Shown: one piece after another, positions 1 to 10,053 of the stretch
Layout: the number at the start of each line of letters is the position of its first letter
Numbering within the stretch: the first letter of the stretch is position 1
Origin: Rhodoferax sp.
Lineage (GTDB): Bacteria; Pseudomonadota; Gammaproteobacteria; Burkholderiales; Burkholderiaceae_C
NCBI RefSeq assembly: GCF_028689295.1
Contig: NZ_JAQTWL010000005.1
Location: 82,579-146,578 of the forward strand
Length of the DNA: 64,000 nt
Direction: 5' to 3'
Notes under the pieces: generated by a model
What the model saw: the letters and a program-made list of their open reading frames with translations, nothing else
The model's database searches: none
Told to the model about the DNA's origin: nothing
Made by a program: the position numbers and the translations under genes

Positions 1-2
1 AT

Positions 3-449
3 CACGTGCTCAAGGTCGTTCTTGACCTTGGTGCCCAGGCCTTGCGCCAGCGCCTTGGCCACGCTGATTCCCTGGCTGTAGCGCCCCAGCGCATAGGCGC
101 GCAGGTAATAGGCGTTGATGTTGTCGGGTTGTTCGATGATCTGGGTCTCGGCGCGCTCGGCCACTTCGGAAAAAAGGGACTGCCGTGTCGCTTCCTGCTT
201 CTCAAGGTAGGTGGCGTAAATGCAGACAGCCTTGTTGGCCACGTTCAGGCCGGCCAGCCCCATGTCCAGCCCCAGCGACATGGATTTGTAAAACTCGCCA
301 TTGTGGAAATGTGCCCAGGCCTGCAGCAACTGGGGGTCTTTGGGCAGGGGCTCCAGATCACCGGCGTGCAACCGGGTCCATTTCTTCTTGACGCTTTCGG
401 CATCGAAGTTGTAGTCTCCCGCAAACGGGAATTTTGTCCATTTCGTCAT
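3..449 (-). CDS. Conserved hypothetical protein, helical/TPR-like (runs off the left edge)
   Basis: Not in the ORF track because its stop is outside the window. ATG at 449 with GGAGA RBS; open frame MTKWTKFPFAGDYNFDAESVKKKWTRLHAGDLEPLP...AYYLRAYALGRYSQGISVAKALAQGLG. Confidence 0.75.
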   Translation of the reverse strand, partial: MTKWTKFPFAGDYNFDAESVKKKWTRLHAGDLEPLPKDPQLLQAWAHFHNGEFYKSMSLGLDMGLAGLNVANKAVCIYATYLEKQEATRQSLFSEVAERAETQIIEQPDNINAYYLRAYALGRYSQGISVAKALAQGLGTKVKNDLEHV

Positions 450-478
450 TTTTGTCTCCTTTGCCATTCCCTGTCGTG

Positions 479-1141
479 CTACTTGACCTCCTTATTGTAG
501 GCATCGGCCAGTTTCAGCAAGTGGCTGCGCTGGCCTGGCTCCAGATAGGGCGCCAGCAGGTTGAGCACATGCTGGGCGCCACGCAGCAGCGCGGTCTGTG
601 CGTTTTGTTCTTCCAGTGCGTTGCGCGGGTCGCGCACGTATTCAAAACTGAGCCAGTAGGTCAGCACCACGACCATGCTGGTGGCGGTGGCATCGATCTC
701 GCGCGAGTCGATTTGCAGCGCGCCGCCGCGGCGCATGCCGTCGAGCAGGGCCTTGATGGAGCGGGTCTTGTTTTTCAGGATCGACTGGAAGTGCATTTCC
801 AGGCGCCGGTTCTTGCTCAGCAGATCGTTCAGATCGCGGTACAAAAAGCGGTATTTCCAGATCAGCTCGAACAGTGTGTGCATGAAAAACCAGGCATCCT
901 CGACATTGCGCACATCGTCGCCCGCTCCCAGCAACTCGTTCAAGGGGCGCTCAAAACGATCAAACAGCGCGTTGATGAGCTCGTCTTTGGCGGGGTAGTG
1001 GTAGTACAGGTTGCCGGGGCTGATGTTGAGCTCGGCCGAGATCAGTGTGGTGGACACATTGGGCTCGCCAAAGCGATTGAACAGTGCCAGTGTGACTTCC
1101 AGAATGCGCTCGGCGGTGCGTCGGGGGGCTTTTTTTACCAT
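479..1141 (-). CDS. TetR/AcrR-family transcriptional regulator (PhaD-like)
   Basis: N-terminal TetR HTH (TAERILEVTLALFNRFGEPNVSTTLISAELNISPGNLYYHYPAKDELI); start moved to ATG at 1141. Confidence 0.9.
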   Translation of the reverse strand: MVKKAPRRTAERILEVTLALFNRFGEPNVSTTLISAELNISPGNLYYHYPAKDELINALFDRFERPLNELLGAGDDVRNVEDAWFFMHTLFELIWKYRFLYRDLNDLLSKNRRLEMHFQSILKNKTRSIKALLDGMRRGGALQIDSREIDATATSMVVVLTYWLSFEYVRDPRNALEEQNAQTALLRGAQHVLNLLAPYLEPGQRSHLLKLADAYNKEVK

Positions 1142-2388
1142 GCCGACCGGCCTTGCGCGGGCTCGGCGGCTTGCACCACCTGGTTCAGGTTGTTCATGAT
1201 GTTGTGCAGCCTGGTCAGGGCGTGGCTGATCCGCGTGGGCTCGCGCTGGGGCCGGCACAGGTGGCGGCTGGTGTCGTCAAGCACAGCGTGGTTGAGTTTG
1301 ATACCGTGGTAGCCCAGTTTGGTGCTCAAGCCGGTCTGGCGCGAGCGCAGCAACTGGCGCGTTTGCTGGTAGGCATGCTCGGCCAGATGGCGGCGCTGGC
1401 TGTAGCTGAAGGTGTTGGCCAAATATAGTTCGGGGTCGCGGTGGTCGGGTTCGAACAATACGATGTCGGTATGGGGGTAGGCTTGCTCGTAACTTTTGAG
1501 CCCCAGCACGAGTCGCGAGTGGATAAGCGAGCGGAAGGTCTGGCTCAACACGGCGGGCAGGCCGCCGTCGGCAATGCGCGGAATCGGCTCGGGTGCGGCC
1601 CAGGGGGTGGCGGCATCGGTGACGCTCTGCCGCGCCGAGGCGTCGAATGGCACCAGCGGGTTGATGCACAGCATCAGGTCCACGCCTTCGTCCAGTGCAA
1701 TCGAGGCGTGCATGGTTTTGATCAGGGCACCATCGACAAAATGCTGGCCGTCGATCTCGACCGGAGGAAACAACCCGGGCAGGGCGGCACTGGCCTGAAC
1801 GGCCTTGGAGATGGGCACGTGGTCCCAGCCCGGGCGGCCGAAAGAGACGGCCTGGCTGCTGTCCAGATGTGTGGCCACCAGCGTCAGGCGGCTTTCGAGA
1901 TGGCGGAAATCGTTGCTGCGACCAGGTTTTGCAAAGAGCTTCGCCAGTTCCACATGGATCTGGGCATTGGAGAACACCCCGGTGGGCAGACTCGGTCCCA
2001 GGTATTCCAGCGTGCGCATCAAGGACTTGCGCCCCAGCGTGCCTTTCCAGGTGCCTGCCATCAACAAACCCGGCAGCAGCATGCTGCGCGAGAAAAATTC
2101 CGTAAAAGCGGGACGCAGCAACCAAGCCGGGTCGAAGGCCTCTGCCTGACGTTTGCGGTCTTCGATGAACAGCGAGAACAACTGGTGCGGCGTGATGCCG
2201 TTGGCAAGCCCCGCTGCAATAAAACTGCCGGCCGATACGCCCACGTAATGCTGCAGCCGGTTGAAATCGATGCCCTCGAGCGACTCCTGCAGTGCGCACA
2301 GAGCGCCGATCTCAAAAATGGCACCGAGCGGACCGCCGCCGGCCATGGCCAAGGCGATCCTGGGTGCGTTGGGTTTTTGTCGCGTCAT
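1135..2388 (-). CDS. Patatin-like phospholipase/esterase
   Basis: Gly-rich AGGGPLG, nucleophile GVSAG (GxSxG) and DGA motif (VDGAL). Confidence 0.9.
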   Translation of the reverse strand: MTRQKPNAPRIALAMAGGGPLGAIFEIGALCALQESLEGIDFNRLQHYVGVSAGSFIAAGLANGITPHQLFSLFIEDRKRQAEAFDPAWLLRPAFTEFFSRSMLLPGLLMAGTWKGTLGRKSLMRTLEYLGPSLPTGVFSNAQIHVELAKLFAKPGRSNDFRHLESRLTLVATHLDSSQAVSFGRPGWDHVPISKAVQASAALPGLFPPVEIDGQHFVDGALIKTMHASIALDEGVDLMLCINPLVPFDASARQSVTDAATPWAAPEPIPRIADGGLPAVLSQTFRSLIHSRLVLGLKSYEQAYPHTDIVLFEPDHRDPELYLANTFSYSQRRHLAEHAYQQTRQLLRSRQTGLSTKLGYHGIKLNHAVLDDTSRHLCRPQREPTRISHALTRLHNIMNNLNQVVQAAEPAQGRSAW

Positions 2389-2420
2389 ACTGTGCAGTGT
2401 AGGGCGCTTCAAGCCCCTGT

Positions 2421-3020
2421 TTATTCAGGGTTTACCTGAGCAGCCGGGGCTGCTTTTTTGGCTGCTGGCACCTTGCGCGGAGCCGTTTTTTTTGCAATCG
2501 GCTTGGCTGACACTTTGGCTGCTGGCTTGGCTCGGGCTGCCGTTTTGGCCGGGGTGAGCTTTTGCACGCTGGTGTTGAGCGCGTTGATGCGGGCAATCAG
2601 GGCGTCGATGTCTTTGGACGACGGCACGCCGAGCTTGTTGAGCGCCTTGGCCACGCGGTCTTCAAAAATGTTTTCCAGCTTGTCCCACTGACCCGAGGCC
2701 TTGCTCGTGATGTCGGTGGCCATGGTGGTCATCTTGTGAGTGGCCACGTTGATTTTTTCTTCGGCAGCCGACTGGGTTTTGCGCTGAAAGCTCACGCCTT
2801 CCTTGACCAGTGCTTCAAATGCCTTGGTGCCTTCCACCTGCGCCTTGGTGAATGCGCCCAGGCCGGCCTGCCAGATCTGCTGGGCCGAGTCCTTGACCGA
2901 ACCCGACAAAATGGACGACTTGGCGGCCAATGACTTGGCGGACTTTTTGCCGGAAGATTTGGCGCTGGATTTGACTGGCGATTTTGCTGCCGGGCTGGCT
3001 TTTTTGAGCTTGGTAACCAT
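2421..3020 (-). CDS. Phasin-family granule-associated protein (PhaF/PhaI-like)
   Basis: SAQQIWQAGLGAFTKAQVEGTKAFEALVKEG and WDKLENIFEDRVAKALNKLGVPS motifs; Lys/Ala/Pro-rich termini; AGGAG RBS. Confidence 0.88.
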   Translation of the reverse strand: MVTKLKKASPAAKSPVKSSAKSSGKKSAKSLAAKSSILSGSVKDSAQQIWQAGLGAFTKAQVEGTKAFEALVKEGVSFQRKTQSAAEEKINVATHKMTTMATDITSKASGQWDKLENIFEDRVAKALNKLGVPSSKDIDALIARINALNTSVQKLTPAKTAARAKPAAKVSAKPIAKKTAPRKVPAAKKAAPAAQVNPE

Positions 3021-3209
3021 GATGAACTCCTGCTGGGTTAAGGAAAAAATAGGTGCACCAGGATCATCGGTGCATGCCGGCGACTTTAAAGAGGATGAGC
3101 GCCAATGTGTAGGGGCAGCTTCCTAAAACGGGCGCACAGGGCCGGGTTTACGATAAAGTGCGACAAGCCCGATTCAGGCAAAAATGGCACCATTCTTTTG
3201 GAGACACCA

Positions 3210-5207
3210 ATGCGTTATTTCGTCACGGGGGCAACCGGATTCATCGGCAAACGGCTGGTCAGGAAACTGCTGGAGCGCAAAGGCGCGGTGGTGTATTTCC
3301 TGATCCGCAAGGACAGCGAGGGCAAAGTCAAGGCGCTACGTGAGTTCTGCGCAACCAGCGCCGCGCGCCTTGTTCCCGTTTTTGGCGACCTGACCAGCAA
3401 AAAGCTGGGTCTTGCTGCAGCAGACGTCAAAATGCTCAAGGGGCAGATCGACCATTTCTACCATCTGGCGGCCATTTACGATCTGGGCGCCGACGAGGTC
3501 AGCCAGATCAAGGTCAACATCGACGGTACCCGCAACACCATCGAACTGGCCCGCGCCATCGACGTCGGGCACTTCCACCATGTGAGCTCGATCGCCGCTG
3601 CCGGCCTGTATGAAGGCGTGTTCCGCGAAGACATGTTCAACGAGGCCGAGAACTACGAGCACCCGTATTTCATGACCAAGCACGAAAGCGAAAAAATTGT
3701 CCGTACCGAGTGCCAGCTGCCCTGGTCGGTCTATCGTCCTGCCATGGTGGTGGGCGACAGCCGCACGGGTGAGATGGACAAGATCGACGGCCCGTACTAC
3801 TTCTTCAAGCTGATCCAGCGTATGCGCCAGCTGCTGCCGCCGTGGCTGCCGTCGATCGGCTTGGAGGGTGGGCGCATCAACATCGTGCCGGTGGACTTTG
3901 TGGTGGCGGCGCTGGCCACCATCAGCCACCAGAAAAGCATCGACCAAAAGTGCTACCACCTGGTGGACCCGGTGGGCTACCGCGTCGGTGATGTGCTCGA
4001 CATTTTCAGCAAGGCGGCGCACGCCCCAAAAATGAACCTGTTCATCAACGCGGCGCTGTTTGGCTTTGTGCCGCGCAACGTCACCAAGGCCCTCATGGCG
4101 CTGGCCCCGGTGCGCCGCGTGCGCGCGGCCATCATGAAAGACCTCGGGCTGCCTGAAGACATGCTGACCTTTGTCAACTACCCCACGCGCTTTGATTGCC
4201 GCGACACGCTGGTCGCGCTCAAGGGCACCGGTGTCGAATGCCCCAATCTGCACGATTACGCCTGGCGCCTGTGGGACTACTGGGAGCGCCACCTCGACCC
4301 CGACCTGCACATCGACCGCAGCCTGCGCGGCACCGTCGGGGGCAAGGTGGTGCTGATCACAGGCGGCTCGTCCGGCATCGGCCTGGCCGCTGCGCACAAG
4401 TTTGCCGAGGCCGGCGCCATCACGCTGATTTGCGGGCGCGACCAGCACAAGCTCGATGAGGCCTGTGCCGGAGCACGGGCGCGCGGCTACCAGTTCATCG
4501 CTTATGCGGTGGACATTTCCGAGGCCGCTGGTTGTGAGGCCTTTGTGCAGAAAGTGACGGCCGAACACGGTGGCGTTGATTTTCTGGTCAACAACGCGGG
4601 CCGCTCCATTCGCCGCGCCATCGAGTCGAGCTACGACCGTTTTCACGACTACGAGCGCACCATGCAGCTCAACTACTTTGGCAGTCTGCGCGTGACCACC
4701 GGTTTCTTGCCCGGCATGGTGGCCAGGCAAAAAGGCCATGTGGTCAATATCAGCAGTATTGGCGTGCTGACCAACGCGCCGCGCTTCAGCGCCTATGTGG
4801 CCAGCAAGGCGGCGCTGGACGCCTGGACGCGCTGCGCCTCAAGCGAGTTTGCCGACCAGGGCGTCACTTTCACCACCATCAACATGCCGCTGGTGCGCAC
4901 GCCCATGATCGCGCCCACCAACCTGTACAACAACGTGCCCACGCTGACGCCAGAAGAGGCCGCCGACATGGTCGCCCAAGCCTGCATCTTCAAACCGGTG
5001 CGCATCGCCACCCGCCTGGGTATTACCGGCCAGATCTTGCATGCCGCCTTGCCGCGCGTGGCGCAAATCGCCATGAACACCAGCTTCAGGATGTTCCCCG
5101 ACTCGACCGCAGCCAAGGGCGCAAAGCCGGGCGACAAACCGGTCAAACAGCAGTTGTCAGCCGAAGCGGTGGCGCTGCAGCAAATGATGCGGGGAATCCA
5201 TTTTTGA
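3210..5207 (+). CDS. Two-domain SDR, fatty acyl-CoA reductase-like
   Basis: N-terminal extended SDR (TGATGFIG, YFMTK) fused to classical SDR (TGGSSGIG, NNAG, YVASK); about 665 aa; same architecture as Marinobacter Maqu_2507-type reductases. Confidence 0.85.
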   Translation: MRYFVTGATGFIGKRLVRKLLERKGAVVYFLIRKDSEGKVKALREFCATSAARLVPVFGDLTSKKLGLAAADVKMLKGQIDHFYHLAAIYDLGADEVSQIKVNIDGTRNTIELARAIDVGHFHHVSSIAAAGLYEGVFREDMFNEAENYEHPYFMTKHESEKIVRTECQLPWSVYRPAMVVGDSRTGEMDKIDGPYYFFKLIQRMRQLLPPWLPSIGLEGGRINIVPVDFVVAALATISHQKSIDQKCYHLVDPVGYRVGDVLDIFSKAAHAPKMNLFINAALFGFVPRNVTKALMALAPVRRVRAAIMKDLGLPEDMLTFVNYPTRFDCRDTLVALKGTGVECPNLHDYAWRLWDYWERHLDPDLHIDRSLRGTVGGKVVLITGGSSGIGLAAAHKFAEAGAITLICGRDQHKLDEACAGARARGYQFIAYAVDISEAAGCEAFVQKVTAEHGGVDFLVNNAGRSIRRAIESSYDRFHDYERTMQLNYFGSLRVTTGFLPGMVARQKGHVVNISSIGVLTNAPRFSAYVASKAALDAWTRCASSEFADQGVTFTTINMPLVRTPMIAPTNLYNNVPTLTPEEAADMVAQACIFKPVRIATRLGITGQILHAALPRVAQIAMNTSFRMFPDSTAAKGAKPGDKPVKQQLSAEAVALQQMMRGIHF

Positions 5208-5323
5208 TCAAATCCCGCCGCAGCGATAATTCGCAATGAGGCGCTTGTTGGCGCCTTGTTGCGCTGATTTCGCGTTGTCTGATGTCTGTTTGTGTGACCG
5301 GCGGCCGGACGAAATGGATCCCA

Positions 5324-6682
5324 ATGGCCAAGACTGCTCCCTCATCCCGTCAATTTGTCAATTCCGCTGTTTGGTCGCTCATGGGCACTGTGGTGCCAAT
5401 GCTTGCTGCATTGGCCGCAGTACCTTGGCTGATGCACTACATGGGCCAAGAGCGGCTGGGTGTGTTGTCTCTGGTCTGGGTCGTGGTGGGGTATTTCAGC
5501 TTTCTCGACATGGGCTTGGGTCGGGCGGTGACCGTGGCGGTGGCCGCAGACCGGTCAGGGAGGCCACGCGCTTTGGCCGATGAAATTCATGTGGTGGGGT
5601 CTGCGTTGGTGCTGCTTCTGGCGGTCGGCTTGGCGATGACCGCAGTGTTGGGCAGTTGTATTGCGATATGGGGTGCTCCCTTCAAGCTGAGCTCCGCAGA
5701 ACTGATCAATGAGGTGCGCTTGGCTCTTTTATGGACATTGCCAAGTCTGCCTTTGCTGCTTTTGTCCTCGGCGTTCAGGGGTCATCTGGAGGGTGTGGGG
5801 GCTTTCAGGGCACTGAACCAGCTGCGCATTCCCACCGGTATCTTGCTGGTAGCGATCCCCTGCCTGACTGCGTACTTTTCCCCCAGTCTGGTATGGGCCT
5901 GTCTCGGAATTTTTTTGGTGCGCTTGCTGCACCTGCTCGTTTTGTCGGCATTGACAGCGCATGAAATAGGTCACGCCATGGCCGCTATGCCCGCAGTTTT
6001 GCTACGGCACAGCACATGGCCCTGGTTACGTCGCCTGTTGTCCTTTGGTGGCTGGGTCACAGTGAGCAATGTGGTGGGGCCGGTGATTGTTTATGTGGAC
6101 CGGTTTGTGATTGGCGCGACACTCGCGGCGAGCTCCGTGGCGGTCTATGCCGTGCCATTTGACATGGTGTCGCGCTTGCCTGTGCTGGTTGCTGCGCTGT
6201 GCAGTGTGCTGCTGCCCGAGTTGGCGCGTTTGTCCAGCCTGGCATCGGCGACAGACCCGAGTGCCTTGCGTCGATCCCATCAATTGGTTCGACGGTCAAG
6301 CATTTTCAGTGCTCTGGTCGTCGCCGTCCTGGTTGTGGTGGGGGCCTTGGCAGCGCCTTGGGCGTTGGCGCTGTGGCTCGGGGAGGACTTCGCCCAGCAA
6401 AGTGGCACACTTACGCAGGTATTGCTGGTGGCTTTTGGCGTCAATGCCGTGGCGCAGATTCCATTTACCGCTTTGCAGGCGGTTGGCAAGGTGCGGGCTG
6501 TTGCCCTCTTGCATTCGGCTGAGCTGGTTCCCTATGCCGTGCTGGTGTTTTTTGCGATTTCCTGGCTGGGGTTGGTCGGTGCGGCGTGGGCTTGGCTGTT
6601 GAGAAGCATCATAGACTACGGGGTTTTGGGCTGGATGTGGCACAAGCAAACCCTAAGCCCATCGATGGGCATTAAATTTTGA
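5324..6682 (+). CDS. wzx: Wzx-type polysaccharide flippase
   Basis: About 12 hydrophobic segments; GQERLGVLSLVWVVVGYFSFLDMGLG and VYVDRFVIGATL motifs of the PST/MATE-like family. Confidence 0.88.
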   Translation: MAKTAPSSRQFVNSAVWSLMGTVVPMLAALAAVPWLMHYMGQERLGVLSLVWVVVGYFSFLDMGLGRAVTVAVAADRSGRPRALADEIHVVGSALVLLLAVGLAMTAVLGSCIAIWGAPFKLSSAELINEVRLALLWTLPSLPLLLLSSAFRGHLEGVGAFRALNQLRIPTGILLVAIPCLTAYFSPSLVWACLGIFLVRLLHLLVLSALTAHEIGHAMAAMPAVLLRHSTWPWLRRLLSFGGWVTVSNVVGPVIVYVDRFVIGATLAASSVAVYAVPFDMVSRLPVLVAALCSVLLPELARLSSLASATDPSALRRSHQLVRRSSIFSALVVAVLVVVGALAAPWALALWLGEDFAQQSGTLTQVLLVAFGVNAVAQIPFTALQAVGKVRAVALLHSAELVPYAVLVFFAISWLGLVGAAWAWLLRSIIDYGVLGWMWHKQTLSPSMGIKF

Positions 6683-6697
6683 AATTGACCTTGGGAC

Positions 6698-7354
6698 ATG
6701 CAAACTTACTCCGATAAATCAGGCGACTACTTTGCGCATGCGCGCAAAGAGATAACGCCCTTGCTACCCAAGAATTGTGGACGTGTGCTTGAGATCGGCT
6801 GCGGCTCCGGGGCCACGCTGGGGTGGTTGCGGCGGGACCATCAGGCGCTACATACCATGGGCATTGAAATCGCCGATGCAGCTGCGGGCCAGGCACGCCT
6901 TCTTGCAGACGAAGTGTTTTGCCTCGATTTTGAACGGCATGATTTACCAGGTGTTGCGCAAAAGTTCGACCTCATTTTGTGTCTGGATGTGCTGGAACAC
7001 ATGGTCGACCCGTGGCGGGTTGTCGATCGCCTGGCAACGCACTATCTGGAAACCGGAGGGACCTTGATCGTCAGCTTGCCCAATGTGCGGCACTACAGTG
7101 TGGTGCTGCCCTTGCTCTTTGGCGGACGATGGGATTATGAAGATGCCGGCTTGCTGGATCGAACGCATTTGCGTTTTTTTACCAAGACGTCAGCCAGGGC
7201 GCTTTTGTCACATCCGCTGCTCGGCTCTGTGACCTGCACAGCGACCGGGTTTGACGGTTGGTCTGCAAAGGGTGCGCTGAACTTGATGACACTGGGACTT
7301 TTTCAGGAACTGGTCTCTTACCAGTATTTTTTGTCAACGTGCAAAGTGCGGTAA
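6698..7354 (+). CDS. Class I SAM-dependent methyltransferase
   Basis: VLEIGCGSG motif I; FDLILCLDVLEH; GLLDRTHLRFFT motif typical of glycan-cluster methyltransferases. Confidence 0.9.
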   Translation: MQTYSDKSGDYFAHARKEITPLLPKNCGRVLEIGCGSGATLGWLRRDHQALHTMGIEIADAAAGQARLLADEVFCLDFERHDLPGVAQKFDLILCLDVLEHMVDPWRVVDRLATHYLETGGTLIVSLPNVRHYSVVLPLLFGGRWDYEDAGLLDRTHLRFFTKTSARALLSHPLLGSVTCTATGFDGWSAKGALNLMTLGLFQELVSYQYFLSTCKVR

Positions 7355-7403
7355 ATGAGTCTCCACCGCTTGATGCTTGACGCGCGCCAGTTTCATTGTG
7401 TTC

Positions 7404-8420
7404 ATGGCTGAGCCACAAAAAAATTCTTTTGATTTGTTGCGGCTGATTGCTGCTACCTTTGTGTTGTTCAGCCATGAATTTGCGATTCTTGGGACGGGCC
7501 AGCCAGAAGTATTCGCTTGGACGACGTTGGGCGGGTTCGGTGTTTCAATTTTTTTCTTTTTGAGCGGCTTTTTGGTGTGGACTAGCTGGGCGCAGGACCC
7601 AGACCTGAAGCGGTTCTTTATTCGGCGCTCATTGCGGATTTTTCCTGCATTGTGGGTTGCCGTGCTGCTCTGTCTTTTGATCCTGGGGTTGTTTCAGTCG
7701 AGTCTTTCGGTGGTTGACTATTTTGAATCAGCGACTACCTGGCGTTACCTTTTTGCAGGTGTTTTTGGCACACCAAATGAATTGCCTGGTGTTTTTGTCC
7801 AGAATCCCTTGCCATCCGTAGTCAATGGATCTTTGTGGACGTTACGGGTTGAATGCCTCTGCTATGTCTCCGTTGCCTTGCTGGGCAGCATTGGACTGGT
7901 GTCGAAAAATGGCTTGATGGCACTGAGCCTCGGCTTGGCTGTGCTGGCTGCCGCGTACGGATCGCTGCTGGTTGGCGTCCGTTTCATTCCGCATCTGGAG
8001 ATGGTGTCGCTGTTTTGGTGGGGGGTGATGTATGGCTATGTTCGGGCGCAACCAGCAGCGCAATCCAATCGTTGGGCCGTTGCGATTGTTGTCGCATTGC
8101 TGGCCTTTCTTTTGCTTGGCACGCGCGGTGTCGAGCGCACCGGCATTTTGGTTTTGGTTGCAGCGTTGGTCATGGCTGCACAGCATGCGCCCTGGGGTGC
8201 CAGGTTGACCGATCGCCTGGGTGACTTGTCTTACGGCATGTATATTTTTGCTTTTCCTGTTCAGCAGACGGTGGTGGCATTGGGGCGCAGCCGCGGTTGG
8301 ACTTTCTTGACGCACGTGACCCTGTCGCTTTTGATCACGAGCGTGCTTGCCTATGTGTCGTGGCATGCGCTTGAAAAACGCGCCCTGCGTTTCAAACCAA
8401 AAAGCAGGTCCTTGGCATGA
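7404..8420 (+). CDS. Membrane acyltransferase (acyltransferase-3/OafA family)
   Basis: FDLLRLIAATFVLFSH, FFFLSGFL, RRSLRIFP, NGSLWTL, GDLSYGMYIF motifs; multi-TM. Confidence 0.9.
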   Translation: MAEPQKNSFDLLRLIAATFVLFSHEFAILGTGQPEVFAWTTLGGFGVSIFFFLSGFLVWTSWAQDPDLKRFFIRRSLRIFPALWVAVLLCLLILGLFQSSLSVVDYFESATTWRYLFAGVFGTPNELPGVFVQNPLPSVVNGSLWTLRVECLCYVSVALLGSIGLVSKNGLMALSLGLAVLAAAYGSLLVGVRFIPHLEMVSLFWWGVMYGYVRAQPAAQSNRWAVAIVVALLAFLLLGTRGVERTGILVLVAALVMAAQHAPWGARLTDRLGDLSYGMYIFAFPVQQTVVALGRSRGWTFLTHVTLSLLITSVLAYVSWHALEKRALRFKPKSRSLA

Positions 8421-9244
8421 AGCAGGTTGCAGTGGTGGTGTTGAACTGGAACGGCTGGCGCGACACGCTGGCGTGTATTGCGTCCCTGCAAAAACTGAAC
8501 TATCCGGATTTTGACTTGATCGTGGTGGACAACGGTTCCACGGACGACTCGCAAGCTAATATCGAGACTGCTTTCCAGAACATCAAAGTCATTCAAACGG
8601 GCGCCAACCTGGGCTTCGGCGGAGGTTGTAACGCGGGCATCCGATACGCGCTTGAACAGGGTGCCGATTACGTTTGGCTGATCAACAACGATGCAACAGT
8701 GGATCAGAGTGCGCTCACTGAACTGGTACGCCTGGCAGATTCGCAGCCGTCGGCGGGTGCGGTGGGGTCGGTGTTGTATGAGGCAGACAGGCCAGCGCAG
8801 GTTCAAATGTGGGGCGGCGGCAAAGTGAATCTTTGGGCTGGGCTCTCGCGCCATCAGGTGTCGCCTGCTCAGCTCGATTTTGTATCCGGCGCCTCCCTTC
8901 TGCTTCGACGGGAAGCGTTGTTGCAGTCGGGTTTGTTTGATGATCAAACTTATTTCATGTATTGGGAAGATTCAGATTTGGGATTCAGGTTGCGGCAGGC
9001 CGGCTGGCAACTGGCGGTTGCAGAAAAATCTCGTGTCTGGCACAAACTCTCAGGCAGTCTGGGCAAGGGAAGCCGTCAATTGGACGTCTATTTCACACGG
9101 TCGGGCGTTCGGTTTTTACGACGTTATTCGCCCGCGCCTTTGCTGTCCGTGCTCATGATGGTTGGGCGCATGGTTCTCAAACGTGTGTTGATGGCTGAAT
9201 TCGGTCGTGCCAGGTCGGTTCTCAGTGGGTATTTCAGCGCATGA
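8417..9244 (+). CDS. GT2 glycosyltransferase
   Basis: VVVLNWN, VVDNGSTD, NLGFGGGCN, INNDA, YWEDSDL motifs; ATGA overlap with upstream gene. Confidence 0.9.
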   Translation: MKQVAVVVLNWNGWRDTLACIASLQKLNYPDFDLIVVDNGSTDDSQANIETAFQNIKVIQTGANLGFGGGCNAGIRYALEQGADYVWLINNDATVDQSALTELVRLADSQPSAGAVGSVLYEADRPAQVQMWGGGKVNLWAGLSRHQVSPAQLDFVSGASLLLRREALLQSGLFDDQTYFMYWEDSDLGFRLRQAGWQLAVAEKSRVWHKLSGSLGKGSRQLDVYFTRSGVRFLRRYSPAPLLSVLMMVGRMVLKRVLMAEFGRARSVLSGYFSA

Positions 9245-10053
9245 ACGATATGGCAGCAGTCTCCGTTGTGGTTCCCTGCTATCGGTGCGCCCGTACTCTT
9301 GAGCGTGCCATTGCCTCGGTTGCCGCTCAAACACAGCGTCCTGAAGAGGTGATCCTGGTTGACGATGCCAGCGGTGATGAAACCCGTGAAATCATGAAGA
9401 AGCTCAGCCGACAATTTGAATCAGGTTGGATCAAGCTGGTTTTTTTGGATGAAAACGTGGGCGCCGGCAGTGCCCGCAATGCGGGATGGTCGATAGCCAG
9501 TCAGCCGTACGTGGCCTTTTTAGACGCCGATGACGCCTGGCATTTTCGCAAAATTGAGATCCAGTATGGTTATATGCGTGCCTTGCCGGATGTGGTCTTG
9601 TGCGGACATGGTTTCCGCTTGCTCAAGCAGGGTGTGCTGCCCTACTGGAGCGTTGGCCTGGGTCATGCACGAGAGGTCAGCAAGTGGGCCATGCTGGTGT
9701 CCAATCAGTTTGTAACGCCATCAGTGATGATCAAACGTGAGGTCCACCACCGTTTTATCGAGCGGCAACGCTATATGGAAGACCACATGCTTTGGTTGCG
9801 CGTGGTCTGTGCAGGTGATCGTGTCGTCAAACTACCGGTGGCTTTGGCCGCGATTTACAAAGACCCGTTTGGCGTGACTGGTTTAAGTTCCCGCGTGTGG
9901 CTGATGGAGCGCAGCGATTTGGGTAACTATCGTCGTTTGTATCGGGCTGGTCATGTCAATGCGCCGCAGTTGGGTGTACTGGTGGCGTACTCGTTGTTGA
10001 AGTACCTACGCCGTTTGGTGATCTACGCAGGCTACTTGCGATGGAAAAAATAG
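9241..10053 (+). CDS. GT2 glycosyltransferase
   Basis: VSVVVPCY, LVDDAS, GAGSARNAG, AFLDADD motifs. Confidence 0.9.
   Translation: MNDMAAVSVVVPCYRCARTLERAIASVAAQTQRPEEVILVDDASGDETREIMKKLSRQFESGWIKLVFLDENVGAGSARNAGWSIASQPYVAFLDADDAWHFRKIEIQYGYMRALPDVVLCGHGFRLLKQGVLPYWSVGLGHAREVSKWAMLVSNQFVTPSVMIKREVHHRFIERQRYMEDHMLWLRVVCAGDRVVKLPVALAAIYKDPFGVTGLSSRVWLMERSDLGNYRRLYRAGHVNAPQLGVLVAYSLLKYLRRLVIYAGYLRWKK

Noticed and set aside
2-205. Track ORF of 67 aa at the left edge
   Set aside because: Wrong frame; the coherent gene is the frame starting at 449, which runs off the window.
3054-3074. TGCACC-N9-GGTGCA inverted repeat upstream of the phasin gene
   Set aside because: Only 6-bp arms; could be a TetR/PhaR site but is not distinguishable from chance.
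5208-5323. Search for a JUMPstart/ops element before wzx
   Set aside because: No GGCGGTAG-type motif found.
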